Positions 26,726 to 38,641 of a stretch of 64,000 bases of DNA are shown here, piece after piece. The notes beneath the pieces are model-generated. The model was not told the origin of the DNA. It worked only from the letters and a program-made list of their open reading frames with translations, and did not search any database. Positions within the stretch are counted from its first letter, which is position 1. The number at the start of each line of letters is the position of its first letter. The stretch spans positions 800,001 through 864,000 of the forward strand of contig CM000154.2 of the NCBI GenBank assembly GCA_000004695.1, read 5' to 3'. The position numbers were made by a program, and so were the translations under genes. This stretch comes from Dictyostelium discoideum (Eukaryota).

Positions 26726-29401
26726 ATGGATGTAGAATTCACACCCAGTGACACAAATAAATTTGAAGCTAATATTACCAAACAACACCAAGTGATTGAA
26801 TTGAATAATCAAGAAGAACAACAACAACCAGAACAACAAGAACAACCAGAACAACAAGAAGAACTAAAAGATAATAACGAAAAGATAAAAACTAGTGAAG
26901 ATTCAACAACAACCACAACAACAACAGCAACAATTACAACCACTGGTGAAAACTCAATTTCAATTACAGTTACAGAGGCAAATAATAACACTAATCAATT
27001 AAATAAAAGCACTAGTAGCAGCAGTAGTTTAAATAATAATAAAAACGAAGACAATAAGAGTGTTACTGCATCAATTGCACCATCATCACCAGTCATTGAA
27101 TCATCTGCAATAGAATCAGCAATTGACTCACCATACATTTCATCTGCTTCAGTATTTTCAAACGCCACCAATAATAACAACAACACCACCACAACAAACG
27201 TTGTAGTACCACCACCACAATTACTTGAGTCTTCAACTGAAAATATTACATCTGCAGCTGAAATTACACCAGTGACAACAACAACAACAGAAGAGACAAT
27301 TAATATTCCAAAAGAATCAATAGAAGTACAAAAACAACTAGCAGAAACAACAACAACAGCAGCAATAACTACTACCAATTCAACACAAGTAACATCAACA
27401 ACTGTAACAAATCCAGATAAATTAAAGTGTAAAATGCATAGATCAAATTTTATAATGACACAAATTGGTGGAAAAAAATTCACAGAGATGACATTAGAAC
27501 AATTATTGGATGAAGATGACCCCCAAACTGGTATGGGGTTTAAGAATCCTGGTCCTCAAGGATTCTTAGAATATGTTGGTGATACTGCACCACCACCAAC
27601 ACCACCACCAATTTCAACATCCAACACAACTGGTAAAAATACAGGTAAAAACTCAACAACAGGTAAAAGTGAAGGCAAAAAAGCAACTTCAAACAGTTCA
27701 AATGTACCACCAAGTCCAGTACTTGCATCATCAGCTTCACCATCACCAAAATTAAAATCATCCTCATCTTCAATTAGAAATAGTGGTGCCATTTCAGGTA
27801 CAAGTGAAAATGGTGGTGGTGGTAATGGAAGTGGTACAATTTCAAAGAATACAGCACCTACAACAGGTAATTCTACTACCACCACCACCACCACCACATC
27901 TACAACAACATCATCATCAAAAGATAGAAAGAGTGTTGTTCAAAAACAATCAACATTAGGTAGATTACAAAAGAATGAAGAAGAAAGAAGAAAGAGAAAA
28001 GAACAAAAGAGAAGTCGTGCTCGTGAAAAACCAATTCTAATCGCAGGTATTGAGGATTTACCAGCTGAATGTTTAAAGATGGTAAAGAAATCAAAGATTC
28101 CAGAGGATAAATTAATTCAACACCTTAATATTTTATTACCAATACTTAGATTTAGAACTGGATATAATTTAAGACATGTACCAATTGTATCATCTAATAA
28201 TTCAACAAATTCTTTAGGTTCATCAATAAATAAAAATAATTCAAATAATACTACCACTACTACTACTACAACCAATACAAATAATAAATCACCAGAAGTC
28301 TCAACAAATAGTCTTGATGTAAATATAATAAACCAAAACCAAAACCAAACAAATTCTGTACAAAATAATCAAATTAACACAAGTTCAAATGTAATAACAA
28401 CAAATGTAATACCAACTACAACAGCATCTCAAAGTAGTCAAGCACCATACCATCCAAGTCATAACGGAAATGAAGAGGATGATTATGATGATGGATCACG
28501 TTTAGAGAATGCAATTTTACCAAAAGGTACCGTCGACTTGATTGAAACTGATAGAGACGTTAAAAAATTATATAAAAATTTAAAACAAATCGGAAGCGGT
28601 GGGTTTGGTAGTGTATTTTTAGCAAAATCAACCGTTGATAAATGTGAAATTGCCATTAAAAAGATTGCACATGTATCAGCAAAAGCACAAAGAACCAATC
28701 TCAATGAGATTGGATTTTTAAATTTCTGTAAGCATCCAAACATTGTCAGTTACTTAAGAAGTCATTTGGTTGATGATACCATTTGGATCGCTATGGAGTA
28801 TATGCAAGGTGGCACTTTAACCGAAGCAAGTCAAGGCCACACTTTCAATGAGTCGTGTATCGCTTACGTTGCAAAGGGTATGTTGGAAGGCTTAATGTAT
28901 TTACATGCTCACAACATCGTTCATAGGGATATTAAATCGGGTAACATTATGATGACCATCGATGGTAAAATCAAGATTGTCGATTTCGGTCTTTGTGTCG
29001 ACGCAAATGAAAGAAAATTAGTACATATGGCAGGTTCCCCTTTTTGGATGTCTCCAGAGATGATTCGTGGTGAGTCCTATGGCTGTCCAACCGATATTTG
29101 GAGTTTTGCAATTTGTCTTTTGGAATTGGCAAATGGTGAACCACCCCACAGAAAATCTTCCCTCACTGCTATGTTCACCACTGCAACTGAGGGTTGTGCA
29201 GGTTTGGACAAACCTGAAAGATGGACCGAACACTTTACTCATTTCTTAAATCTTTGTTTAGAAATGGATCCTTCAAAGAGATCAACTGCCGAACAACTTT
29301 TAAAACATCCTTGGATTAATTTATCTGAAAATCCTGAAACTATGAAAAAGATTTTAGCTCAAATTTTCATTGCGAATGTTATGAATCATTTAGATAATTA
29401 A
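26726..29401 (+). CDS. STE20/PAK-family serine/threonine protein kinase. It has a long T/S/N-rich N-terminal region and a C-terminal kinase domain. Single exon.
   Basis: Kinase subdomains are LKQIGSGGFGSVFLA, AIKKI, HRDIKSGNIMM, VDFGLC and GSPFWMSPE (compare PAK GTPYWMAPE). Confidence 0.85.
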   Translation: MDVEFTPSDTNKFEANITKQHQVIELNNQEEQQQPEQQEQPEQQEELKDNNEKIKTSEDSTTTTTTTATITTTGENSISITVTEANNNTNQLNKSTSSSSSLNNNKNEDNKSVTASIAPSSPVIESSAIESAIDSPYISSASVFSNATNNNNNTTTTNVVVPPPQLLESSTENITSAAEITPVTTTTTEETINIPKESIEVQKQLAETTTTAAITTTNSTQVTSTTVTNPDKLKCKMHRSNFIMTQIGGKKFTEMTLEQLLDEDDPQTGMGFKNPGPQGFLEYVGDTAPPPTPPPISTSNTTGKNTGKNSTTGKSEGKKATSNSSNVPPSPVLASSASPSPKLKSSSSSIRNSGAISGTSENGGGGNGSGTISKNTAPTTGNSTTTTTTTTSTTTSSSKDRKSVVQKQSTLGRLQKNEEERRKRKEQKRSRAREKPILIAGIEDLPAECLKMVKKSKIPEDKLIQHLNILLPILRFRTGYNLRHVPIVSSNNSTNSLGSSINKNNSNNTTTTTTTTNTNNKSPEVSTNSLDVNIINQNQNQTNSVQNNQINTSSNVITTNVIPTTTASQSSQAPYHPSHNGNEEDDYDDGSRLENAILPKGTVDLIETDRDVKKLYKNLKQIGSGGFGSVFLAKSTVDKCEIAIKKIAHVSAKAQRTNLNEIGFLNFCKHPNIVSYLRSHLVDDTIWIAMEYMQGGTLTEASQGHTFNESCIAYVAKGMLEGLMYLHAHNIVHRDIKSGNIMMTIDGKIKIVDFGLCVDANERKLVHMAGSPFWMSPEMIRGESYGCPTDIWSFAICLLELANGEPPHRKSSLTAMFTTATEGCAGLDKPERWTEHFTHFLNLCLEMDPSKRSTAEQLLKHPWINLSENPETMKKILAQIFIANVMNHLDN

Positions 29402-29409
29402 TTGGAATT

Positions 29410-29446
<37 letters not shown>

Positions 29447-29647
29447 AAACAAAACAAATCAAAAAACAAAAACAAAAAAAAACTATAAATTATTATTATT
29501 AATGAAACGAAAATAATAATATTAAAAAAAAAAAAAAAAAAAATAATCAAATAATAAAAAAAAACAATCAAATAATAAAAAAAAATTAAATAAAAAAAAA
29601 ACTTAATAATATTAAAAACTTAATGAGAAAATAAAATATAAAATTGT

Positions 29648-29923
29648 TTATTTTTTATCTTTAAAATAAACAACTAATAAAGTAATAGATTCTATAATTA
29701 CTCCAAGTAAAATCACTCCCAGAATAAATCTAAAAATTCTTTTTTTTAATTGATCATATACACCAAATGGTTTTGAATAAGGAATTTGATTTTCAATATC
29801 TTTCAAAAGAATTTCTTTATTTTTCTCCCTTTTTTTTTTTTTTATGAAAATTAATATAAATAAAAATAAAAAGTTTCAATAAAAAGGAAAATTTAATTTT
29901 AAAAAAAGTAATTACTCTTGCAT
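29648..29923 (-). CDS. Small single-TM protein A (63 aa). Exons at 29923..29916 (ATGCAAGA) and 29828..29648.
   Basis: The 8-nt first exon is followed by a GTAATT donor, then an acceptor AG at 29830/29829. The product is MQEEKNKEILLKDIENQIPYSKPFGVYDQLKKRIFRFILGVILLGVIIESITLLVVYFKDKK, with a basic patch and a C-terminal TM. Confidence 0.5.
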
Positions 29924-30567
29924 TATAATTATGATAAATTGTTTTTTTAAAAAAAGTTTTTTTTTTTTTCTTTTTATCATTAAATTGTTGTATGATTTAA
30001 TAAAAATGGTGGGAATTTGGAAAGGATTAATACATATTCATGGATTTATTTTCATAAAATAATATTTTGAGAGGTAAAACCTTGAAAAAAAAAAAAAAAA
30101 TAAAAAAATAAAAAAATAAAATTAGAAAATTTATTTTTTTTTGGAAAATTGAGAGTAAGCATCTCAAAAAAAAAAAAAAAAAAATATTTTTTTTTTAATC
30201 ATTTTTAAATTATTTTGGATGAGTTGGTGATAATTGTGTTACATTATTAAATGCATTATATGTGATATTGGATTAATGTTATTATTTTTTATATGCAAAT
30301 GATTAATTAGTTAATATTTCAAATAATTAAAAATAATAATAAAATAAAAAAAAAAAATAAAAAAATGAATAAATTAAATATTAAAAAAAAATTTAAGCAC
30401 TAAAATTTTTTTTTTTTTGACATTTTTAAATTAAAAATAATAATGGAATTATTAAATAATAGAAAATTAATTTTATAGTATATATGTACTTTGAGATGTG
30501 ATCAATCTATATTTTATTTTATTTTATTTTATTATATAATAAAAAAAAAAAAACCAATTTTAAAGAT

Positions 30568-30875
30568 TAATAGGGTTTAAAATTTTCCAAGCCAATTATT
30601 ATTTTAATTTATTAACAAAAGTGGCTGCACAAGTTGCAATTAAAGCAATCAAAATAATAGTAAGGAAACATAAAAGTGTTCTCCATTGTCTTTGTTTTTT
30701 AAGTTGGAGTTCCTTTTGGATTGTTGTTTCGGACTCATTAGTTTTTTGGTTATTTCCAACTTCAATTTCAATATCTTTTACAACTATTTGTTGTGTTGTT
30801 CTATTAAAATTAAAATTAAAGTTAATATAATTTTTAAAATGAAATAAATAATATAATATGATATTACTCTCCCAT
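30568..30875 (-). CDS. Small single-TM protein B (about 80 aa), paralogue of A. Exons at 30875..30868 (ATGGGAGA) and 30800..30568.
   Basis: Same 8-nt exon 1 plus a GTAATA donor, and a 67-nt AT intron ending ttttaatag. The product is MGETTQQIVVKDIEIEVGNNQKTNESETTIQKELQLKKQRQWRTLLCFLTIILIALIATCAATFVNKLKLIIGLENFKPY. Confidence 0.55.
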
Positions 30876-30960
30876 TATAAAATGTAATAAAGTTTTAAAG
30901 TTTTTAATTTAATTTAAAGTTTGTAGTTTTAGATAATAAAATTATTATTTTTCATTTTTA

Positions 30961-31020
<60 letters not shown>

Positions 31021-31705
31021 ATTGCTTCAATGAAACTTAATTAATGAATTGCAGCCTTTTTAAAAAAAATAATTATATACATATAAATAAAAAAAGGTGG
31101 GAAATATTTGGTTTATGATCTTCAATTCATATGGATTGCAACGTGTTTGTTTTAATTTAAAAAAAAAAAAAAAATTAAAAATAAAAAAATAAATTTTCGT
31201 TGAAAACCTAAAATAAAAAAAAAAAAAAATGATGAAACTGGTTAGATTTTTGGTATTGAATAAATTAAAATTTCATTATAAGATATACAATATAAACTTT
31301 TCTTTTAATTGTTTTGATTTTATTTGATTTTATTAATTAATATATATATATATATTTTATTTAAAGTTTTTGGAATGGGATTTTTTTGTTATTGATAAAA
31401 TTTCAAAACACTATTTATTATTTTTATTTTTATTTTAATTTTTTTTTTTTTATAATTTAAAATTTAAAATTTAATATTTTATAATATTAATTATTTTATT
31501 TTATTTTGGATGAAAGGTTATTTTCTTGGTAAAAATTTCTTTTTTGTTTTATTCATTTTAACCAAGTTACATTATTACAAAATCCATTTCTTTTTTTATT
31601 ATTTTTTTTTTTATTTTTATTTTTTTTTTCAATCGGAATGTTAATTAAAAACTTTGAGAAAATTGAAATCTATCAATGAAGATTTGATTTACCTCTTCTT
31701 TATTT

Positions 31706-32057
31706 TTATTTGATGGTAGTGGTAAGAATAGGAACTATTATTGCAACCATTGCAATTATTAAAAGTAATGTTATGAGAATTTTAAATTGAATTCTCTTTT
31801 TTTTTTCTTTGTTATATTCTTCATTAGCTTTTCTTGATTGCTCTAGTGTGATTGAATAAGATGTTTTTTCAAAATCTTTTGAACCCCTATTATCTAATAA
31901 AAAGCTATCACCAATCCCTATTATTTTTTTATTATTATTACTTTTTGTATTTTTTTTTTTTTTTTTTTTTTTATTATGTTTGAGTACTTTTTTTTTAAAA
32001 AAGAAGATATAAAAATTAAATATTTAATTATTTTTTTTTTTATATTTACTCTCCCAT
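31706..32057 (-). CDS. Small single-TM protein C (about 85 aa), paralogue of A and B. Exon 1 is 32057..32050 (ATGGGAGA). Exon 2 is approximately 31940..31706, with the acceptor uncertain.
   Basis: Identical first exon ATGGGAGA plus a GTAAAT donor. The downstream ORF is ...IIGIGDSFLLDNRGSKDFEKTSYSITLEQSRKANEEYNKEKKKRIQFKILITLLLIIAMVAIIVPILTTTIK*. The phase-2 acceptor candidate aaaaag|t lies at 31942/31941. Confidence 0.45.
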
Positions 32058-33037
32058 TTTTAAAAATTATAATTAAATGATTTTCTGTTTATTTAAATTT
32101 CTATTTATATTTTTGTTTTTTTTTTTTTTTTTTTTTTTTTGCTAAAGGTTATTTATAAAATTTGCAAGCATTGCATAGGTTAGTTTATAATTAATAAAAA
32201 TCGTATTTTAATTTTTTTTTTGAATTTTTGAATTTTGATCATAAAAAAAAAAAAAAGTGTTGTAACCTTCCCCAAATGGATTTTTTTTTAAAAAAAAAAA
32301 ATTATTTTTATTTTATTTTATTTTTTTTTTTTTTTAAAAATTTTATTTTTTTTTTTTTTTAAAAATTTTATTTTATTTTTTTTTTTTCATTGTTTATTTT
32401 TAGTTCAATCATTTACTAAAACCTTTATCTTGTGATTAATTACTTTTTTAAATTATTTTCTTTATTTTTTTAATTTTTTATATTCAAATTGGTTCCTAAC
32501 ATATTCGAATTGGTTCCTAACATCCAAATTTGATTCAAATAAATTTTTTTATTTTATTTTTTTTATATTTTATATCATTTTGTGTATTTTTGAGTATTCT
32601 ATTTTTTTTATACCAACTTAATAAAAATAAATAAAATTAAATAGTTAATAAAAAAAAAAATATGAATATTAAAATAAAATCATTTTAATTTTAAGTGTAA
32701 AAATAATGTTTTATTTAATAATATTCGCAAGGATATTAATTTTTTTTTTAAATTATTTATTAAAACGATAATATTATAAAATTTGATTAAACATTATTTA
32801 CTTTTTTATATTTTAAAAAAAAAAAAAAATTTCTGGAAATTTTCAAATTCGAATATTTTATGAGAAAAGATCATGATCAAAAAAGGAAATGGTGTGTTGC
32901 TGTGAGATGAATGATCAAATTTTTTTTTTAAAATAATAATTTTTTACAATATTTTTTTTTTCTTTTTTTTTTTTTTTTCATTTAGTTATCAATTTTAAGT
33001 AATAAAGATAAAAAAAAAAATAAAAAATAAAAACAAA

Positions 33038-33203
33038 ATGTCTATAAAATCAAAAACAAATTCAGTAAAACATGAACCATATCTATATAGACCAACAAAT
33101 ATTTTAACTAGGTCAAGAACCAAGGCATTTGATGAATCATGTACTATAAAAGAAAAAGATAAAGGATTCAAATCAACTTATATCAAAGCTAAAACCATTC
33201 AAA

Positions 33204-33245
<42 letters not shown>

Positions 33246-33884
33246 AATAAGTTACTTTTTTTTTTTATTTTTTGTTTGTCATTAATATTTAAATAAAGGA
33301 AAAAAAAACAAATAAAAGAGTCATTAGATGAAGAAATAATTGAGCCAAAAGATTTTGATATTAAAGATTCTTGTGAAAATGAAGATAATTGTGAAAATGA
33401 TTTTAGTGGTGATGAAGAAATTGATAATAATTTAACAAATAAAAAATTAATAGAAAAAAAAAAACATTGTCTTGTTGAAGCAAAGTGTAGAAGAAGAAGA
33501 ATTGAACTTTACAAAAATTTACACAACGTTATTGAATCAATTGAAGAAAAGTTAAATCACCAAATCCCACTCTATAAAATAATTGATAATAGAAGAAAAG
33601 TTGATATAAAAAATGGAAAATATACTCAAGAACACATACTCCGAAAAATTTATTCCACCATTTTAATCAATGAAAAATTTATTAAAAATAATAATCAATC
33701 AAAAAATTTAATAAATTCAAATAATGACACAATTGAAGATGAAAATAAAAATGAAAATGAAAATGAAGATGAAAATGAAAATGAAAATGAAAATATTGGT
33801 GAAATTAAACAAAATCCAATTGAAAAAATTGGTTATTATGGATTAAAGAACTTGCTTCTTGCAAGTGAAATTGACGGTGAATAA
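33038..33884 (+). CDS. Hypothetical 250-aa protein with a possible bHLH-like basic-helix segment and an acidic (ENENED)n tail. Two exons at 33038..33204 and 33299..33884.
   Basis: AG|GTAAAA donor and a phase-2 acceptor at 33297/98. The candidate bHLH segment is KKKHCLVEAKCRRRRIELYKNLHNVIESIEEKL, which fits the H-x3-E-x2-RR-x-I pattern. Confidence 0.5.
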
Positions 33885-33952
33885 AAAAAAAAAACAATAA
33901 TAATAATAATAATAAAATAGTACCTTTTGCAATATATAAATTTATTTTATTT

Positions 33953-36900
33953 TTATTTTTTACAAGATAATTTATATTCTTCATAGTTGAAAGGAATATA
34001 TAACTGGGAAGGATATTTTGAGGTAATTGAAATGTCAAAGGTTTCCTTTAATTCAGTTTCTAAAGGTTTTGCAGAAGAAGGATTAACAGTGAGACTTAGG
34101 AATAAATGATTTGGATCTAAAAATTGAATGAAATATTTATTAAAGACATTAATGATTTGATCATAGGTGACCACTTTAAAACGATTTAAAAAATCAATTG
34201 ATTGTTGAAAATCATTATGGCCCTTAAAGATATTGATATAAGATTCAATGACTAATTCTTGAGGTGCAGAACGAGTTGAATAGAAATCATAGATTTCACT
34301 ACAAATTGCGGTTTCAATTGATTGTTGAGTAATGATTTCCGTTGGTCTATCTCTAACATTTTTTAACCATTTATGAAATTCAGCCAATGCTTTAATTGGG
34401 GAAGATGATTCAGTTAGACCAAATATCAATGTGCCTTTAGTAGTATCAGTTAGTAAACTATGACCATATGAATAACCTTTTTTACGAATTTCACCCTCTT
34501 TACCATTGAAAATATTACACAATAATGAAACTGCTGGATAATCTTCATGAGTTGAACTAATTGGTAATGTAACATATTGTAAAAGACTATTTGACTCTGA
34601 TCCTTTAATAATTAATTGTTCAGAGAATGGTGTTGGAATTTTTGTTTTTAAACGTTCTAATGGTTGAAAAAATGGTATATTTTGTTGTTGATTTTCTATT
34701 TCATTATTATGATTATTATTATGGTGTTGGTGTTGTTGTTGTTGTTGTTGATCATGTTGTTGATCTTGTTGTGGTTTTCTTTTTTTATTTAATTTAATAT
34801 TTGAATTTTCTAAATATTCATTCCATTTATCAATAAAACGTTGAGTGAAAGATTGATTTGAAACTAAAGGTGAATGTGAAATTTGAATAAACATTGCCTC
34901 TGGATTTGAGATAATACAATCACGTACTTGAGTTATCATATTGAAAATGTAATCTATTTCAATTTGATTTTTACTTTTTATAATTGATATTATTGATTTA
35001 AGGAATTCTTTTTGTTTAAAGATTGAAATATTGGCTTCATTTGAAATCTTTGGATTTGGGAATAATTTATTAAGAGAATATAAACCACACATTGTTGTTG
35101 AATCATTTTCAACATCTTGAAGTGATGAATAGATATTGGTTAACAATGTTGATAATCTTTTAAGATTTAAAGAGAAATTAAATAAACCATTGAAAATCCA
35201 ATAAATTAAATGATCAAATTTCTCAACTTGACAAGATGCTGTAATTCTAAATAACTCTGATGATGAACATGTAAATGTACTATTTGAAAATCCAAGTACA
35301 GCTTCAAAACTTAATACTTGTTCAGCCATTGATTTACAAACTTTTTTATATGGAATTAATAATTTTGATTTTTCTTTTTTTGTTGTTGTTGTTGATTTAT
35401 TTCTCTCATCATTATCAGCAACAACAACTTGATCTGAATCAACTAATAAATCAGTTTCAAATAAAATAATTTGAAATAATGTTAACCAAGGACGTAAATG
35501 ATCTGGTAAACTTTGTTGAACATGAAATATAATTGTTGAATGAATGAAATGGGATGGTACTAAAAGTGTTTGAACTGTGAATGGATTTGGATTATTTTGA
35601 GTGTATGCACGATTTAAAATTGTATCAATTTTAATTAATGGTATTTTATTGATATCAAAAGATTCAATTTTTGACATTGTTTCAGTTAATAATTCCTGTG
35701 GAAAAGATTTACTAGAATCAATTGCACATTTTAATTTCTCACCAATTATTTTCATACCTTCTTCACCACCATTCTTTTCAATTGTATCTTTCATACGTTG
35801 AGTGGTTTCATTTGCAATTGTTTCAGATAACTTTGAATCTGGTTTCAATAGAATTTCAACATATGGTTTATCAATGAAAAATTCATCTAAAAGATCGAAC
35901 CAAAATTGTGATGGTTTTTCCAAAAGTTCTTCAAAAACTGGTTTTAAGAAAAATCTGGATTTAATATCGCTATATTCAACATCACCATTTGGTTTTATTG
36001 TTTTTGATGATGATGGGAATACTATACAACATAATAAACTACCAAATACTAAAGATAATGGATCCTCTTCTAAAACTTCCAACATTTTAATCATCTCTTT
36101 TTCTATAACTTTTTTAATTGAATCCTCTTCTGGAAATCCATTAGTTTTTAAATCCTTCAATACTTTAATTAATCTATCATAAATTGATCTTTCATTAAAT
36201 AAATTATTATCACCTTCATCAATATCATCTTCATCTTCACAATTTTTTTCTTTTTCTTTTTCTTCTTCCAAATCATCATCCTCTTCTGATCCTTCTTCTG
36301 ATCCTTCTTCTGATCCTTCTTCTGATCCTTTTGATTCTTCTTCTTCTTCTTCTTCTTCTTCTCCCTCTTCTTCATTTTCTTTATCTTCTTCTACTTTTTC
36401 ATTAGATTTACCATTTTGTTGTTCCTCTTGTTTTACTTCTTTTTCTTCTTCTTGTTGTTTATCTTTATTATATTTAATAGGTACACCAGAGAATTCAATA
36501 ACAACTTTTGTATCTTTAACTTCATGAACTATACAATAGACACTATTTGCAATTGGTACAGTTTTATTTACAAATCTTTGTTGTAAGGGTGAAGAAGCAT
36601 TGTCTTGAAGATATCTTAGTAAAACTGTTAATGCAGTTATTTTAAAGATATCATTAATTGGTGGACCTCTCCAACCAATTGATACACTACCAGTTTCAGA
36701 TTCTGATGGGTATGGTACAAATGATGATTTTGATTTTAATAACGGTGGTATTTCATTTTTCCATGGTACGAAATCAACATCATCTTCTTCCTCCTTGTGA
36801 AATGGACTTTTTACAAAATCAACTTTATCTAATACTTTAAATAAACTTTCAATATCTATACAACCTTGAATTACCAATGTCATAAACTTTGGATCATAGA

Positions 36901-37572
36901 ATTTACCATGATAATCTCTAACCATTTCATTATTCAATGTTGCAATCTCTGATGTTTTACCACCATATGAATATTGGTAACCACTACCTTCAAACATATT
37001 TCTACACATATTAATCTCCAATAAATCATCTGCTGTATTCTCTCTTGCTTGCATTTCACATAAAACAACACCCTGATCTTTACCATTTGAATCAATATGA
37101 TAAATTTCTGTAACTATTTTATGTGATTAAAAAAAATAAAAATTAAAAAATTAATAAAAAGGTATTATTATTAAAATATATATTTATATATATTCAATTT
37201 TTTTTAAAATTATAATAAACTTACTGAAATCATTTTCTTTTAAAGTTGGAGTTAAAACATATTTTAAATAAATTGGTAAATATGTTAATATAGCTTCAGG
37301 ACCAATCGAATCAATTGAATAACATGTATGATCTTCTGCGGTATAAGCATTGCAAGGTGCTGATAAACAACGATTACTTAATACCTCTAAAAATTCCCTA
37401 TATGGTATATCATTACAACCTGTAAATATTAAATGTTCTAATGTATGTGGTAAACCTTTATCATTAATTGATTCAGTTGGTACAACAATAGATGCATTAC
37501 ACTAAATAAATTAATTAATTAATAAATAAATAAATAAATAAATATTTTTAAAAATATATGATAATAAAAAAA

Positions 37573-37610
<38 letters not shown>

Positions 37611-37780
37611 CTTTTGGACCCGGACAATAATTTAAAATCAATGTCAAACCACTCTTTTTATGAACAAATCTTTTAACATTAATATCCTTTGCTAAAGGTA
37701 AATCAAATTCATCAATAAATTGAAATTCTTTACTTAACTCTTCATATTTGTTTGACATTATTGGTTGATTATATTTCATT
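33953..37780 (-). CDS. Second M16-family metallopeptidase, PreP/Cym1-like, about 1200 aa with a long acidic E-rich insert. Three exons at 37780..37611, 37501..37225 and 37113..33953.
   Basis: Exon 1 is M(KYNQPIM)SNKYEELSKEFQFIDEF...KRFVHKKSGLTLILNYCPGPK. Exon 2 is CNASIVVPTESINDKGLPHTLEHLIFTGCNDIPYREFLEV (HxxEH zinc site) ...TLKENDF. Exon 3 is ITEIYHIDSNGKDQGVVLCEMQARENTADD... and carries the large ORF. Donors are GTTTGT and GTAAGT, acceptors are ..tttag and ..aaatag, and the phases are consistent. Confidence 0.75.
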
Positions 37781-38038
37781 AAAAAAAAAAAAAAAAAAAA
37801 TAAAAATAAAAAAAGTAAAAAAATAAAAAAAGGAATTTGATAACGAGAAAATTCGGGAAAAAAAAAAAAAAAATCCAATCACTTCTTGAGAAAAATGTGA
37901 AAATATAAAAAAAAATGAAAAATGAAAAATAAAAAAAATAAAAAAAAACATGTTATTAAAAGTTTTTATTGGTTATTCATTTGTTTAAATTCGTTGAAGA
38001 CTTAAAAAATGATTATAGGATATTTATTTTTTTTTTTT

Positions 38039-38596
38039 TTAGTAAAAGACTCCTTTATGAGAGATTGAACTCTTTTTACTTGCAGTTTTAAATGTATTCA
38101 ATAAGAAATGAGCAGCAAAAACCACCAAAACAACCATTAAAAATCTAAACAATGGACGTAATTTAACCATTATACTATCATTGGCATTATTTGCTCTTTG
38201 AATAAATGTATCATTACTACTACCATCATCACTATTTCTATTAATGTCAATCATTGGTTGTTGACGTTGATGTTGTTGGTGGTGGTGTTGATTTATTAAA
38301 ATTGGTTTTGTGTTTTGTTGTTTTATATTATTATTTTTAGAATTATTATTACTAATATCTTCACTAAATAATAACATATATTTAACTCTAATATCCTCTG
38401 AATTATCAGCTAAAATATAACAAGGTGGTAAAGAACGATCCTTTTCAGTAAAGACATGAGGTGATTGATGATGATTAGTTGCCATAACTTCAATACCACG
38501 TGCTGTTTCAATTGTATTAATTAAAGTACATGCTGATAAGAACCCAATTTTCTTTTTTGCCCACATTGAATTTGGCCACCATAATTCACTGATATG

Positions 38597-38641
<45 letters not shown>

